A stretch of 64,000 nucleotides of DNA, taken from contig OZ024742.1 of the NCBI GenBank assembly GCA_964016885.1, positions 77,190,001 to 77,254,000 of the forward strand. The letters run 5' to 3'. The notes under the pieces were generated by a model. That model made no database searches. It was given only the letters and a program-made list of their open reading frames with translations, and was not told where the DNA came from. Source of the stretch: Eledone cirrhosa (Eukaryota). The position numbers and the translations under genes are program-made. Shown piece after piece: positions 27,038-38,350 of the stretch (position 1 is its first letter; every line of letters starts with the position of its first letter).

Positions 27038-27279
27038 ATAATAGTAATAATAATATCCCGTTAAGGGTGAAAGCAGCGATTCTTTGCTTAAACTTTAATC
27101 TGTTATTTTAATAAATATATATATATATACTTCTTCGTTGTATTGAGTCGTTGCTTTTGTTAACTTTGTTTACTTTTTATTTACACTCTATCTCTCTCTC
27201 CACAAACACACAAAAACGTACATACATACATACTCACATACACACACATATATATATATTTATATATATACGTAAAGAA

Positions 27280-27455
27280 AAGAAATTGAAATGTAACTAG
27301 AGATAAACCACAACAGAAATACATAACTTCCATCTCAATTTTACCTTTGAAAAGCATAAGAACTGTGAAACGGGTAAAGTAAATAAATGAATATTTAAAA
27401 AAACTCCGGCTGCATTTTCAATATCTTTTCCTTATACTTTCACCCTTGTAGGACA
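27280..27455 (+). repeat. Diverged copy of the Neptune-type pLTR end
   Basis: Similar to ~31720-31915. Carries the degenerate HHR TTGAAAA-gcat-aagaa-ctgt-GAAA-cggg-TA. Confidence 0.7.
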
Positions 27456-27474
27456 TCTATATATCTATCTACCC

Positions 27475-27579
<105 letters not shown>

Positions 27580-27643
27580 GAAAAAGAGACGAAAATGCAA
27601 CAGGAGTCTTATTTTTAAAAAAAATATATATATTTATTTGGTT

Positions 27644-27681
27644 CCTTTACCGGTTTCGCAGTTCTTCTGCTTTTCAAAAGG
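27644..27681 (-). ncRNA. Minimal hammerhead ribozyme, U3-A8 core variant
   Basis: CCTT-TTGAAAA-GCAG-aagaa-CTGC-GAAA-CCGG-TA-AAGG on the minus strand. Confidence 0.75.
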
Positions 27682-27894
27682 TGAGTTGAGATGGAGGGTC
27701 TGTTGTTTTTCTCACATCTGGTTGGTCTCTGAATGTTACTTGTTTTATATGGAAAAAGTGGCTCGAAATGCCAGGTTTTTCGAGAAGTAATTTGATTGGT
27801 TTGTCAATAATTATAATAAATTTCGCGCCAGTTCACGTTACAATAGTTCTTCAAATAAGAGGGGGGAGTTGTCACAGGTTGTTTTTTCATATAT

Positions 27895-28860
27895 GAGTGT
27901 TTGAATTTCTTTTTACTTGAAAAAAGGAGGCTCACGAAGGCTTTTTTTTGGTTGGTTATAAATGAAATTATGGCTGTCACGTGAACAAGTTTTCATTAAA
28001 TTTTTGTGCCCTTATTTGGAAATCCATTCTGTAGCCTTTTTAGAGAATTTTTTGATAAGTGAAAGATAATGGTCAAAAGAAAGGTATGGGAGAATTGTTC
28101 TGGTTCAGTGAACATGGTTAGTTCGCTGGGGCGTCAGAATTCAGATTTTCTATTGAATAAAGAAAGTAAAAATATGTATGTTTATTTGTGTGCTTGTGTG
28201 TGTGTGCGTGTGTGTGTGTGTGTTGTGTGTGTGTGTGTTTGAATTTCTTTACTTTAAAAAAAGGTGGCTCACGAAGGTTTTTTTTAATAAACGTGATTTG
28301 ATTGGTTATAAATGAAATTTGGCTGTCACGTGAACAAGTTTTCATTACATTTTTGCGCCCTTATTTGGAAAACTATTCTGTAGCCTTTATAGCGAATGTT
28401 ATGACAATGGAAAGATAGTGGTCAAGAGAAGTGGGATTGGGAGAATTGTTCTGGTTCAGTGAATATGGTTAGTTCGCTGGGGTGTCAGAGTTCAGATTTT
28501 CTATTGAAGTGAAGATATGTATGTTTATTTGTGTGCTTGTGTATGTGTGTGTGTGTGTATTGGAAGATGATTCTATTGGTAGAAATGGTGGAGGGAGTTG
28601 TGTGTGTGTGTATATGGGTGTTATGTGTGTGTGTGCGAGTATGTTAAGATGGAGAGAATAAATATTTTGTGTGTGTGTATATATATGTGTGTAGGAAAGT
28701 GGTTCTATTAGTAGAAATGGGGAGGGAGTTGTGGGTGTGGGGGTTGTTATGTGTGTGTATGGGTGTTATGTGTGTGGGAGTATGGTTAGCATGTTAAGAT
28801 GAAGAGAATATATATATTGTGTGTGTGTGTATGTGTGTGTGTAGGAAAGTGATTCCTTTA
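27895..28860. repeat. Internal tandem repeats in the PLE 3' UTR (~340 bp and ~130 bp units)
   Basis: GTGTTTGAATTTCTTT...GGCTCACGAAGG at ~27897 and ~28235. Repeated TTCTATT(G/A)GTAGAAATGG units after 28560. Confidence 0.75.
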
Positions 28861-29030
28861 GTAGGAATATTTTTGAATGAACATATTTTCCTTACTTATT
28901 CCTATTTGCTGTTGTATTGTCAGTGCAAACGTATGTTAAGGTTTATTTAGTTCGGGTTTTTATTTTCTAAAGTATAAGGTGTTATGTGCGTGTTTGTGTA
29001 TGTCATATTATGGTGTTGACATAATGTATA

Positions 29031-30539
29031 TTAAAACATATTTAATGTTGGTCTATATTTTTGAATAAACATATTTTCCTTATTTATTCGCATTTGTTCT
29101 GTTGTATTGTTAGCGCAAAGGTAAAATGGGAAGACTTGGAATGTGGGTGTCTTATTACTTGCGCAAATGTCTAGATGTGCACTTAGTGGTATCTGTCTCG
29201 TGGTTGGATCTCGTAATTGTTGGCGATGAACTGTCATTCTCTTTCTGAGTGTGAGTTTAGTTTGTCCTATATAATCTTCATTGCATCCTTTACATTTAAT
29301 GACATAAATTAGATTTTTTGATGAGCAAGTGAAGTGATTTTTTACAGTAAAATTTTGTCCTGATTTAAATGTATACGTGTTGCCTTCAATGAGGTGAGTG
29401 CAGATTCCACAATTAGAGCGACCACATTTTTTGATACTTGGTTGTGGGTTTGTGGTAGGTAATTTGGCGTTGGTGAGTAATGTTTTCAGTGATTTTGGTT
29501 GTCTTTTTCTTTTGATTATTTTGTGTGTTTCAAGGGCTTTTTTCATTCTTGGGTTTTGTTTTAGTAGTGGGATGTTATTGTGAATAGTGTTGTAAGCTTC
29601 CGCATTTCTTGGGTTGTGTGTTGAGATATATGATAGAATATTGGACGTACCTTGAATTTGTTTCTGTTTCCGAAATTCATCAATGCCTATTGGTTTAGCC
29701 CTTTCTATTCCATTATTTATTAGTAATAGTGGGTACTCTCTCTCGAGTAGAATTTCCTTTAATTCTTGAAGTCTTTTATTTCGCGTTTCATAATTGGAGA
29801 CAATTGTGCAAATTCTTCTTGCTAGGTTAAAAGGAATGTTCGTCTTCGTGTGCTTTGGATTGTTGGAGGTGAATAGCAGATATTGTTTGGAATCTGTTGG
29901 TTTGTAGTGTATGTCAGTTTCGATATTTGTGTCTTTTTTTAAGATTAAGATGTCCAGAAATGGGAATTGATCTTGGCTGTATTCCATTGTGAATTGGATG
30001 TGGTTATTGATGCCGTTTATTAAGTTTTTGAAATCCTTCAGTTGGTCAAGTGTGTGGGACCAAAGAATGAGGCAATCATCCAAGTAGCGTTTCCAATTCT
30101 CTGATAAATATTTGTGGAAGTTCAATCCGTATTTTGATTTGGACTGTTCATATATCTGGACTTCTAAGTATGCCATGACTAAGTTGGCATACGTTGGAGC
30201 GGCTTTTGTACCCATCGCAGTCCCCGATATTTGCTTGTAAGTATAGCCATCGAAATAAAAAAAGTTGTTCTGTAGGATGAATTTTAATCCCTCGGTGATG
30301 AAGCTTTTGTCTATTCTGTCAGGTATCTCATTGGGATATTTCTCTAGCCAGAATCCTATTGCTTCTAGTCCATATTCGTGTGGGATCGTTGTATAGAGAT
30401 TCACTACATCGAAAGACACAATAATAGTGTCGTTGTTGACATGTTTGGGGAGGTGGTTTAAGAGGTCCAGATCGTCTCTTACAAAGCTTGGTATGTGTTT
30501 CAGTATTGGTTTCAGTAGTATGTCTATAAAGTTGCTCAA
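29031..30539 (-). CDS. PLE RT plus GIY-YIG endonuclease (502 aa open segment; upstream part frameshifted)
   Basis: YLDD RT motif, thumb region, Cys motif and GIY-YIG in one frame. Confidence 0.9.
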   Translation of the reverse strand: MSNFIDILLKPILKHIPSFVRDDLDLLNHLPKHVNNDTIIVSFDVVNLYTTIPHEYGLEAIGFWLEKYPNEIPDRIDKSFITEGLKFILQNNFFYFDGYTYKQISGTAMGTKAAPTYANLVMAYLEVQIYEQSKSKYGLNFHKYLSENWKRYLDDCLILWSHTLDQLKDFKNLINGINNHIQFTMEYSQDQFPFLDILILKKDTNIETDIHYKPTDSKQYLLFTSNNPKHTKTNIPFNLARRICTIVSNYETRNKRLQELKEILLEREYPLLLINNGIERAKPIGIDEFRKQKQIQGTSNILSYISTHNPRNAEAYNTIHNNIPLLKQNPRMKKALETHKIIKRKRQPKSLKTLLTNAKLPTTNPQPSIKKCGRSNCGICTHLIEGNTYTFKSGQNFTVKNHFTCSSKNLIYVIKCKGCNEDYIGQTKLTLRKRMTVHRQQLRDPTTRQIPLSAHLDICASNKTPTFQVFPFYLCANNTTEQMRINKENMFIQKYRPTLNMF

Positions 30540-31782
30540 TCTGTGTGTTTCACATTGTGGGCCCGCTACAATTGGTCTTAATTTAAGGTCTGTGGGGTAT
30601 TGTGTTCACGCAGGCTGAGGTGGATTGTTTACAGGCATCGTTGATTATTTTACACTTGTGGATCTTCGGAAGTCCGTAACGGTTGCTGGTTTTGTCTTCA
30701 AAATTTGTTAAATAATCGCGTTCCTTTTTAGTTAGGTCTTCCTGGTATCGATAAATCAGTGTGTTTAATTTGGTCATTATTTTTGATTGCTGGTAGTTTT
30801 TTACTCTTTCATAGTAATTAGTATTTTGTAAGAGAGAGAACATAGAATTTTTATATTTTCAGCCTCCATAATGACAACAGTACTTCCCTTGTCCGCTTCC
30901 TTAATTATAATGTCCGTATTGTTATTTAGTTCATGGATAATCTCCCATTCCCTTTGACTCGTGTTGGGTTTGGGTTTAGGTTGCGGTAGTTCATGGTATG
31001 GGAAGGTAGCTGTGTGGTCAGAAAATTTGTCCAGAACTCTGTTTCTACCTTTTGTTGTGTTGTAGCTGCTTTTATTCCGTACAATTGATTCGTCGTCATT
31101 CTCCTTGTCAAAGAATTCCTCTGTGAGACGTAATTTTGTTCACGTGACAGCCAAATTTCATTTATAACCAATCAAATCACGTTTATTAAAAAATAGCCTT
31201 CGTGAGCCACCTTTTTTTAAAGTAAAGAAATTCAAACACACACACACACAACACAAGCACACACACACAAGCACACAAATAAACATACATATCTTTACTT
31301 TCTTTATTCAATAGAAAATCTGAATTCTGACACCCCAGCGAACTAAACATATTCACTGAACCAGAACAATTCTCCCATACCTTTCTCTTGACCATTATCT
31401 TTCACTTATCAAAAAATTCTCTAAAAAGGCTACAGAATGGATTTCCAAATAAGGGCACAAAAATTTAATGAAAACTTGTTCACGTGACAGCCATAATTTC
31501 ATTTATAACCAACCAAAAAAAAGCCTTCGTGAGCCTCCTTTTTTCAAGTAAAAAGAAATTCAAACACTCATATATGAAAAAACAACCTGTGACAACTCCC
31601 CCCTCTTATTTGAAGAACTATTGTAACGTGAACTGGCGCGAAATTTATTATAATTATTGACAAACCAATCAAATTACTTCTCGAAAAACCTGGCATTTCG
31701 AGCCACTTTTTCCATATAAAACAAGTAACATTCAGAGACCAACCAGATGTGAGAAAAACCACAGACCCTCCATCTCAACTCA

Positions 31783-31820
31783 CCTTTTGAAAAGCAGAAG
31801 AACTGCGAAACCGGTAAAGG
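31783..31820 (+). ncRNA. Minimal hammerhead ribozyme, U3-A8 core variant
   Basis: Same motif as 27644-27681, in the inverted pLTR. Confidence 0.75.
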
Positions 31821-31957
31821 AACCAAATAAATATATATATTTTTTTTTAAAATAAGACTCCTGTTGCATTTTCGATTTCATCACTTTTTCTTTATACTTC
31901 CACTCGTGTAGGACACCTCGGTTATTTTTCATTTTGTAAAAAAAACCTCACTTTCTA

Positions 31958-32052
<95 letters not shown>

Positions 32053-32689
32053 TATATAAGAAAAAGAAGAAATAGTAGTATCCGTTTCATATAAGCTAAT
32101 CTGCGTCTAGGTGAAATGAAGGATAGGCGTAACAAAAAATTGAAGTTAACCAATTTGTTGTAGTAAACGTGGGCGATGGAGTTGCGTAACGTAAATATAT
32201 GGATGATAGAAAATGTGCGTCCGGGTATGGTACATAGGTTCCAATCAGTATTCAACGGTGTAAATTAATATGGGAAATGTACTAGGAAAAACTAGTCAAG
32301 AGTTTTTGAATCGTGAAGAAAATTTAATATAAATTCATGTCTCAAGCATGTTTCAATGCAATTAAGGATTATAAATTAATCCAGATTTCGTAGTCGAGAC
32401 CTTTTTGTATAATAAATGTTTTTTCGAATTTCATCAAACCTTGCCTTGATTTTCCTAGTAGCATGTTCATATTATATATATATATAATAAAACAAGGAAC
32501 CGGAACAAACTAGGTAATAGTTCTAGCATCACACTTGAACGGTGAAGTTCCCATCCAGTTTCTGTTCTTTGCCAGTAAGGGTTGTCTGCAATATGCACCC
32601 TACAGGTGAATTGAGTAACACTGACGCAGGTAGAGAAAGTCAAGCATCCCGGGCCATGGTCGCGATTAATAGAGGGCAATCAAGTGCAA

Positions 32690-33052
32690 GAATTGCAGTT
32701 TTTTGTGCAGTAATGCGTACATTTCAACATTTGCTCATTAGAAAACGTTAGGTAGGATTAAAAGCCAAACTCAATTTTATTTTATTCCTGCCAATTCTTA
32801 TATATATTCATAAATCTAGTGTAATGAGCGAAAGAATACTATCGTGAATACAAGCGGCTGAAATGGGGTTCCTCGAAGGGGTCTATAGAATATCGTTACT
32901 CGATAGAGTGCCTAGCTCGGATATAAGAGAGTCACTGCAAGTAGAGCCTCCAGTTCTCCGAATTGAGAGGACACAGATACGAAATTACGGACATGTCGAT
33001 AGAATCTCTCAGGAAAGGATCACTGGACAGATATTACGGGCCAAATCAAACG

Positions 33053-33055
<3 letters not shown>
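32690..33055 (+). mobile_element. RTE-type LINE 3' fragment
   Basis: IQAAEMGFL...DIRESLQVEP...NYGHVDRI, an RTE C-terminal signature. Confidence 0.75.
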
Positions 33056-33100
<45 letters not shown>

Positions 33101-34083
33101 CACTTTGATAATGCATCGTCTTAATTGATCTTGTCAATTAAGAACCAGCGTTACGTTTAGATCTACGTCATTTTATAACAAGTTTCATCTTTACCCACGA
33201 TGCTGTCGCGGACTGAAATAGAAATGTACATTTCTTCTGTACATTTCTCAATGATCTGATACCTTTCAAAAATTATTTTGTGCGAATCATTTTTTAGTAT
33301 ATAATCGCCAATCACTATTTTATTCAGGCAAACTTATTTTTATGTTTGTTTTTTCATCTTACTCATACATAATATTTAAATAAAGTACTCATCTGATTCT
33401 GCCAAGTACATTGAATTTCTTTTTTTTTTTTCTGAGTGGGTTAAAAATATTCAGGGTTGTTATAACACGTATTTCATGATTTTGTTTCCGCGTGGTATGC
33501 ACAAACGTGCCGATATGACCTAAAATACATTAATTGCATAATTATAATGTGAAGGTGAATAGATTTCACAGTGTTTATTCTTTAAAACGTTCATCGTCGT
33601 GTCAGTTTCACTTGTTATATTTTTAAATAGATATTGTTTTTTATCAGGCACACGTGGTTTCACATGTTAAAAATGTACGATGACTTTGGTTCAACATATC
33701 AGCTTATATATATATATATATCTATCGTTTAGGCAATTAAAAACAATCAGTAACTGCACATATTGGTTGAAAGTTGGGGAGTTGTAGAATCCAACTATCA
33801 TGCAACATGATTTTCTGGAAAATATAGTAAATATCCTAAACGGACGGTAGTCCGTTTAGTAATATTGTTGTGGTCGTGTTTTCGTTGGCAATCGTCTGTT
33901 TACGTGAGTACAGCGCGGCTCTACTTTATTTAACTGCGATAAAACTTATATGAGCATGAACAGTAGATCATTACACATCTTTTGGCTTAACAATCTAGAA
34001 ATTTGGTCCACCGGGAAAAAGTTTATAATCAAAGTTTGCTGATAAATCTTGTGTTCAATGAGTGAGTAGTAAGCGTGACGCTA

Positions 34084-34211
34084 AGGGAGGTAATCCAGAA
34101 ATGACGAATTTTTTTCGGCGGAACTCTTGTGATTGTGATTACGTTAGTCAAATGTAGTCAAATCGCCGAATCCCCTCCTCCTAATTGACTACGTCATTTC
34201 TGAACGGCCCT
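34084..34211. mobile_element. ~130 bp MITE with terminal inverted repeats
   Basis: AGGG...CAGAAATGACG (34096-34106) and CGTCATTTCTG...CCCT (34192-34211). Flanks resemble TWA target sites; Harbinger affinity is an inference. Confidence 0.6.
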
Positions 34212-34359
34212 ACTTGCGTCAGTGTGAAACATTACTTCACTTTTCACTGCTAAAATGCTTTTTAAATACTTCGTTAAAAATTTATGTTTATTATCAAAGC
34301 TATTTTTTGTACCAATCTATCAATAGTTTGCGAAAATATAGGTAAACATGTGAGTTACA

Positions 34360-34662
34360 TTTTTTTTAATCGCAACGATCGCTTTGTCGCACCGACTGTG
34401 ACACTGTCTGACTGTCTGTCTGACTGACACCTTTGTCGGACCGACACCTTTGTTCAAGCGGACAACTTTGTGTCACTGACACCTTTGTTCGTGCCGGCAT
34501 CTCTGCGAAACACCGATGACAACAACCAGACCAACATTTCACTTCATTCTTCATTCTACTTCAAGACCGATCGCCGAACGATCGTATCGGTTGCTCTTCA
34601 TATACCAGGTATTCAACAGATAGTTTGCACTTCTAGTATTATTAACAGTCGTGCGATTTTTT
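34360..34662 (+). mobile_element. Helentron/HINE-like terminal module
   Basis: T-run, then AATCGCAACGATCG...TCGCACCGACTGT, a (CTGT/CTGA)n microsatellite, a hairpin at ~34567-34592, the inverted match ACAGTCGTGCGATT and another T-run. Confidence 0.4.
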
Positions 34663-34783
34663 GTACCGATAGGTGCGAATAGTGCGCTATATTTTTGTAC
34701 CGATAGGTGCGAATAGTGCGATAGGTGCGAATAGTGTACAATATTTTCTGAGATTTGCATCCACTAATTTCGCTTAATTAAAA

Positions 34784-35579
34784 ATGATGTTTCGCGGCTT
34801 TATGATCGGCTTATTCATTTTTTCCATGGCACGGAAATGGAGTATTTCCATTTCGAATCAAAACTTTTCACTAAAATCGGGCAATTGGACTGATCAAATT
34901 CACATTCATGCCAGTTTTTACAAATCCATAATTAGAAATGTGGCGAAATCGAATGACCAGAAGGTATAAAAATATTAATTCAAATGTATTTACTTATCAT
35001 ACCAACAAAAATACTTAGATATTGTGTATACCTGGGGCCCGTCAGGGCCAGGTAATGTTAATCGCCAACATTGTTATCTGTTGTCCTTTTGTGAAAGTAT
35101 TGGTGGTTCATGTCGGCTCTAATGATCTGAATCCTCGTCGCACCGTTGGCACTACAAAGCTGTGCAAAGTAATACAATAATTTTTGCCCAAGTATTTTTG
35201 ATTAATCATTTATTTGTAAATTAAGGACAAAGTGCCCACTCGAGGCACAAAACCGGAAAAACAGGGGAAGAGTCTCTTTGCAAGGCTACAGAAAATAGCG
35301 GAAAAGCACCACTGTACACCCATTTTCTACAGTGGTGTCATTCCACGTCCACAAAGTGTAATTGAAAATAAAAATGACTTGGGCAAGAGAAATTCTCGTT
35401 TGGAAAAGTTTAATTACTGCATGAAAGAAATGATTCAAAAATTGAACTTGCCCAATGTTCACAACATTGAAAATTGGTCAAAATTTGACAAATCTGACTT
35501 CAAACCAGATATGATTCATTTGAACAATGTTGGAAATCTTAAATTGACACAAATTTTTGCCAATGTTTTTGCCACCTGA
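34784..35579 (+). CDS. SGNH/GDSL-like hydrolase (esterase), 3 exons: 34784-34963, 35019-35168, 35226-35579 (~227 aa)
   Basis: Phase-0 GT-AG introns of 55 and 57 nt join block I (KSIIRNV), block II (CIPGAR), block III (VVHVGSND), SGVIPR and block V (DMIHLNNVG) in one frame. AATAAA at 35617. Confidence 0.82.
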
Positions 35580-35759
35580 TCCTTGTTCTATGGCTGACTG
35601 AATAATTTTGTGGCTTAATAAAATGTCATCATACTAGTAATGCACAATGGTCATTTTTAAATTTAAATTTTATTAAATAGTTGTTGCTTGCATTGCCTTA
35701 AAATAGTAACAAGAATAAACACATACTTTTTAAAAATACATCATTATCAGTCAAATCAG

Positions 35760-36119
35760 TCAAATGTCACTAAAAGCCAGGTGGTTGATAACAACTTCTA
35801 TAAGATTAGTTGCATGCTCATACATTGGATCAGCTCTCATCAATGGCATTGGGTGTCTGAGATAATCGTGGAGATAACTGATGAAGTCACAAATGAAGTG
35901 ATGGTCTTCCAGTGTGAACAACTCCCTATATCCATTGATATATGTGATGGCTTCCGATTCATAGGTGCATTTTATGAGGAATTCCATGCATCCGATTTTC
36001 AGTGATTCAATGGGCATTTTATCAGAGATGATAAGGTATTTGACCACGTTTTGCTTTGTAAGTAATTTGGAGAGAATCACTGCAGTCAAAGTCATTTCTT
36101 TGCATGGGTTTTTGTCCAT
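35760..36119 (-). CDS. 119 aa ORF with BACK/BPM-C (SPOP-like) helical motif
   Basis: LTKQNVVKYLIISDKMPIESLKIGCMEFL matches the LTxxNVxxxLxxADxxxxxxLKxxCxxFI pattern. TTTTTAG acceptor immediately before the ATG. Minus-strand AATAAA at 35669-35674. Confidence 0.6.
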   Translation of the reverse strand: MDKNPCKEMTLTAVILSKLLTKQNVVKYLIISDKMPIESLKIGCMEFLIKCTYESEAITYINGYRELFTLEDHHFICDFISYLHDYLRHPMPLMRADPMYEHATNLIEVVINHLAFSDI

Positions 36120-36392
36120 TCTAAAAAGTTAAAATGATAAAGTATTACTACTATATAACTTACATCTATTGTTGTAACACCATTGAAATGCACAAGTTTC
36201 ACCAATTCACTATTATGCACTAATCATCTCAAATGCATTCATGATTTACTAGCTTTGTCGTTAAGCCAGTTGCCTCAACTAGATTGCAATTATAGTCAAA
36301 AGAACTTTAAAATGTCAATCACTTGTCAGTAATTCACTATGATTATTTAATTATTAGATAGTTGTTGCTTGCATTGCCTTAAAAAATAGTAG

Positions 36393-37433
36393 ACCAGATA
36401 GAAAAATGTGTACAGCAAAAAAAAAGTAATATTGTTGGAATATAAACCTTTAAAAATACAGGACAAGAAACTAAAATAAAACTTTAAAAGATAGGACAAT
36501 AAACTAAGATAAAACTTTAAAAGAATAGGACAAGAAATTAAGATATAACTTTAAAGAATTGGACAAGAAATAAAAAAATGTACAATAATATTAGTGGCAA
36601 CATTTTTTATTCGTTTCCTGTGCTATGCCCCAGTATCTTCTTGATTAGTGCATAATAATTGTCATGCTCTCATTGTGCGTTGCCCCTGAGCGGTTGGTTC
36701 TGGTTGGGGTTGGTTGGCTGAGCAGTTCTGCTCCGTCAGAATGACCATTGCAAGAAGAATTGGCCGATGCAACTGCAGGTCTCCTCCAAGAATGCACTTC
36801 TGGTCCCGCAACACCAGACGAAGATGTAGAAGACGACCGGGACAAGATGTCGACTCTGACCACTGACTACGGCACCTCCCTCAACCACCGGTCCTCCCTC
36901 CCTCTGTCCCGTCATCCCTCCAGTCCTCCTGCTCCCCCTTCCTGTACCAGAAAGCTGTGGCACGCATTCATCTGGACTGCCGGACTTGAACTCAAGGACA
37001 AGATGCAAGGAGAAGATGGACGGGTTGGTCAAGATCAAGGATGAGCGGGACGACAAGACCGTCCGCTGCTGCTCAAGATCTGTGCTCATGGGCCCATGGG
37101 TCCATTCACATTATGCATGACACATGAGGCGTGTCGCCGAATGATGAGATAGGGGTGTGGTTATGGCCCAATTGGTGTTCAAACCAGGATCAAATGATCC
37201 CCCCGGTCTGACGACGACCTCTGAATGTGGAACCCAGAGCCTATGAATGTGGAACTCGATTTTTTACCAATAAAAATTTTGCCACTAATATTAATGTAAA
37301 ATTCTTTAAAGTGTTATCTTAGTTTCTTGTCCTATTCTTTTAAAGTTTTATCTTAGTTTATTGTCCTGTACTTTTAAAGGTTTATATTCCAACAATATTA
37401 CTTTTTTTTGCTGTACGCATTTTTCTATCTGGT
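36393..37433. repeat. Inverted repeats (36393-36611 and 37269-37433) with ~30 bp subrepeats, flanking a GC-rich core
   Basis: ACCAGATAGAAAAATG...TTAGTGGCAA is mirrored on the right. Subrepeat consensus is about AAACTTTAAAAGAATAGGACAAGAAACTAAGAT. Confidence 0.88.
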
Positions 37434-37869
37434 TATTAAATGTATATAATGTATAATTTACTCTTGCCCGATAAGTTACTCGTCATTTACTGGGGGCGGT
37501 TCGTCCTCTATATCCATTTCTCACTTCCATACTCTCACTCTATATCCTTGTCTTAACAATTCTGCTGTATTCAGACCATGAGAGGGGATACGCTTCGCCA
37601 GATATAAGAATGCCCTAAGAAACGCCATATATCAATAAGGTGCCTCTGCGACTCCCTAGCGTGTTACGGGAACATGCATATAGTACATGCACATGCACGC
37701 GCGCACGCACACACATACACACACACATATCTATTTAATATACTACTGTTCTCTATATATACTCCCTGTCATAGGTATTTCAATTTATTTCTACACAAAT
37801 CTCTGGCAATATAAGTTCATAATTTGATGCTATAAGTATCTGTCCGTTCACTAAAGTTCATGGCTGTGA

Positions 37870-38350
37870 CAGGACCTGGTTTACTCGTGAACGTATGCAA
37901 GTAAAGCAGCAAACATTATTCATTTGAATTTGATTTCAGCAAATTATATTATGAGTGAATATTTTAATCGTTTAATGGATGAATTTTTAAATGTTAATTC
38001 TATCCGTGCTTCTTAACTTTTTTAATTGTAAAATTTTATGCTACAAAATAAACTGTGAAAATCGGGATCATTTGGATACGGGAATTTTGTGGGACTAAGA
38101 GGAAGAGGGAATTATGCTTTAAAAAATCTTCGAAGTTATAGACTTAAAGACATGTGTGGAGATATTATGAACTAATATTTACAAATTCATTGGTTCGTAA
38201 TAAATCGGTTCGTAAGTTTATGTCGGATTTTTGCCTATTGACAGAATTGAGACTCACGAGCAATGATTGATGAACCAAATCTTCAAAGGATAAATGTTTC
38301 TATTACTGCCAAGAAAAAAGAACAATTGGTAAAGGTATTTGCTTACTCCA
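37870..38350 (+). mobile_element. Possible PIF/Harbinger transposase N-terminal relic
   Basis: GGACCTGGTTTACTC resembles a Harbinger TIR; IWIREF-like motif follows. Heavily decayed. Confidence 0.3.

Larger units (their letters stand above)
27590..31874 (-). mobile_element. Neptune-type Penelope-like element with an inverted pseudo-LTR at its 5' end
   Basis: IIIKEADKGSTVVIM, YGLPKIHK, SFDVVNLYT, GTAMGTKAAPTYANL, WKRYLDD, CGRSNCGIC zinc motif, NLIY...YIGQT. 27590-28337 recurs inverted at 31136-31874. Confidence 0.93.

Noticed and set aside
35052-35097. Possible extra intron in SGNH exon 2 (CAG|GTAATG...AAG)
   Set aside because: Splicing it would break the frame, and the unspliced PGAR-to-GSND spacing already fits the family.
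36645-37089. ORFs 36645-36863(-), 36736-37089(-) and 36748-37044(+) as genes
   Set aside because: They overlap, show no recognisable motif and are expected in GC-rich sequence. Kept only as part of the island finding.
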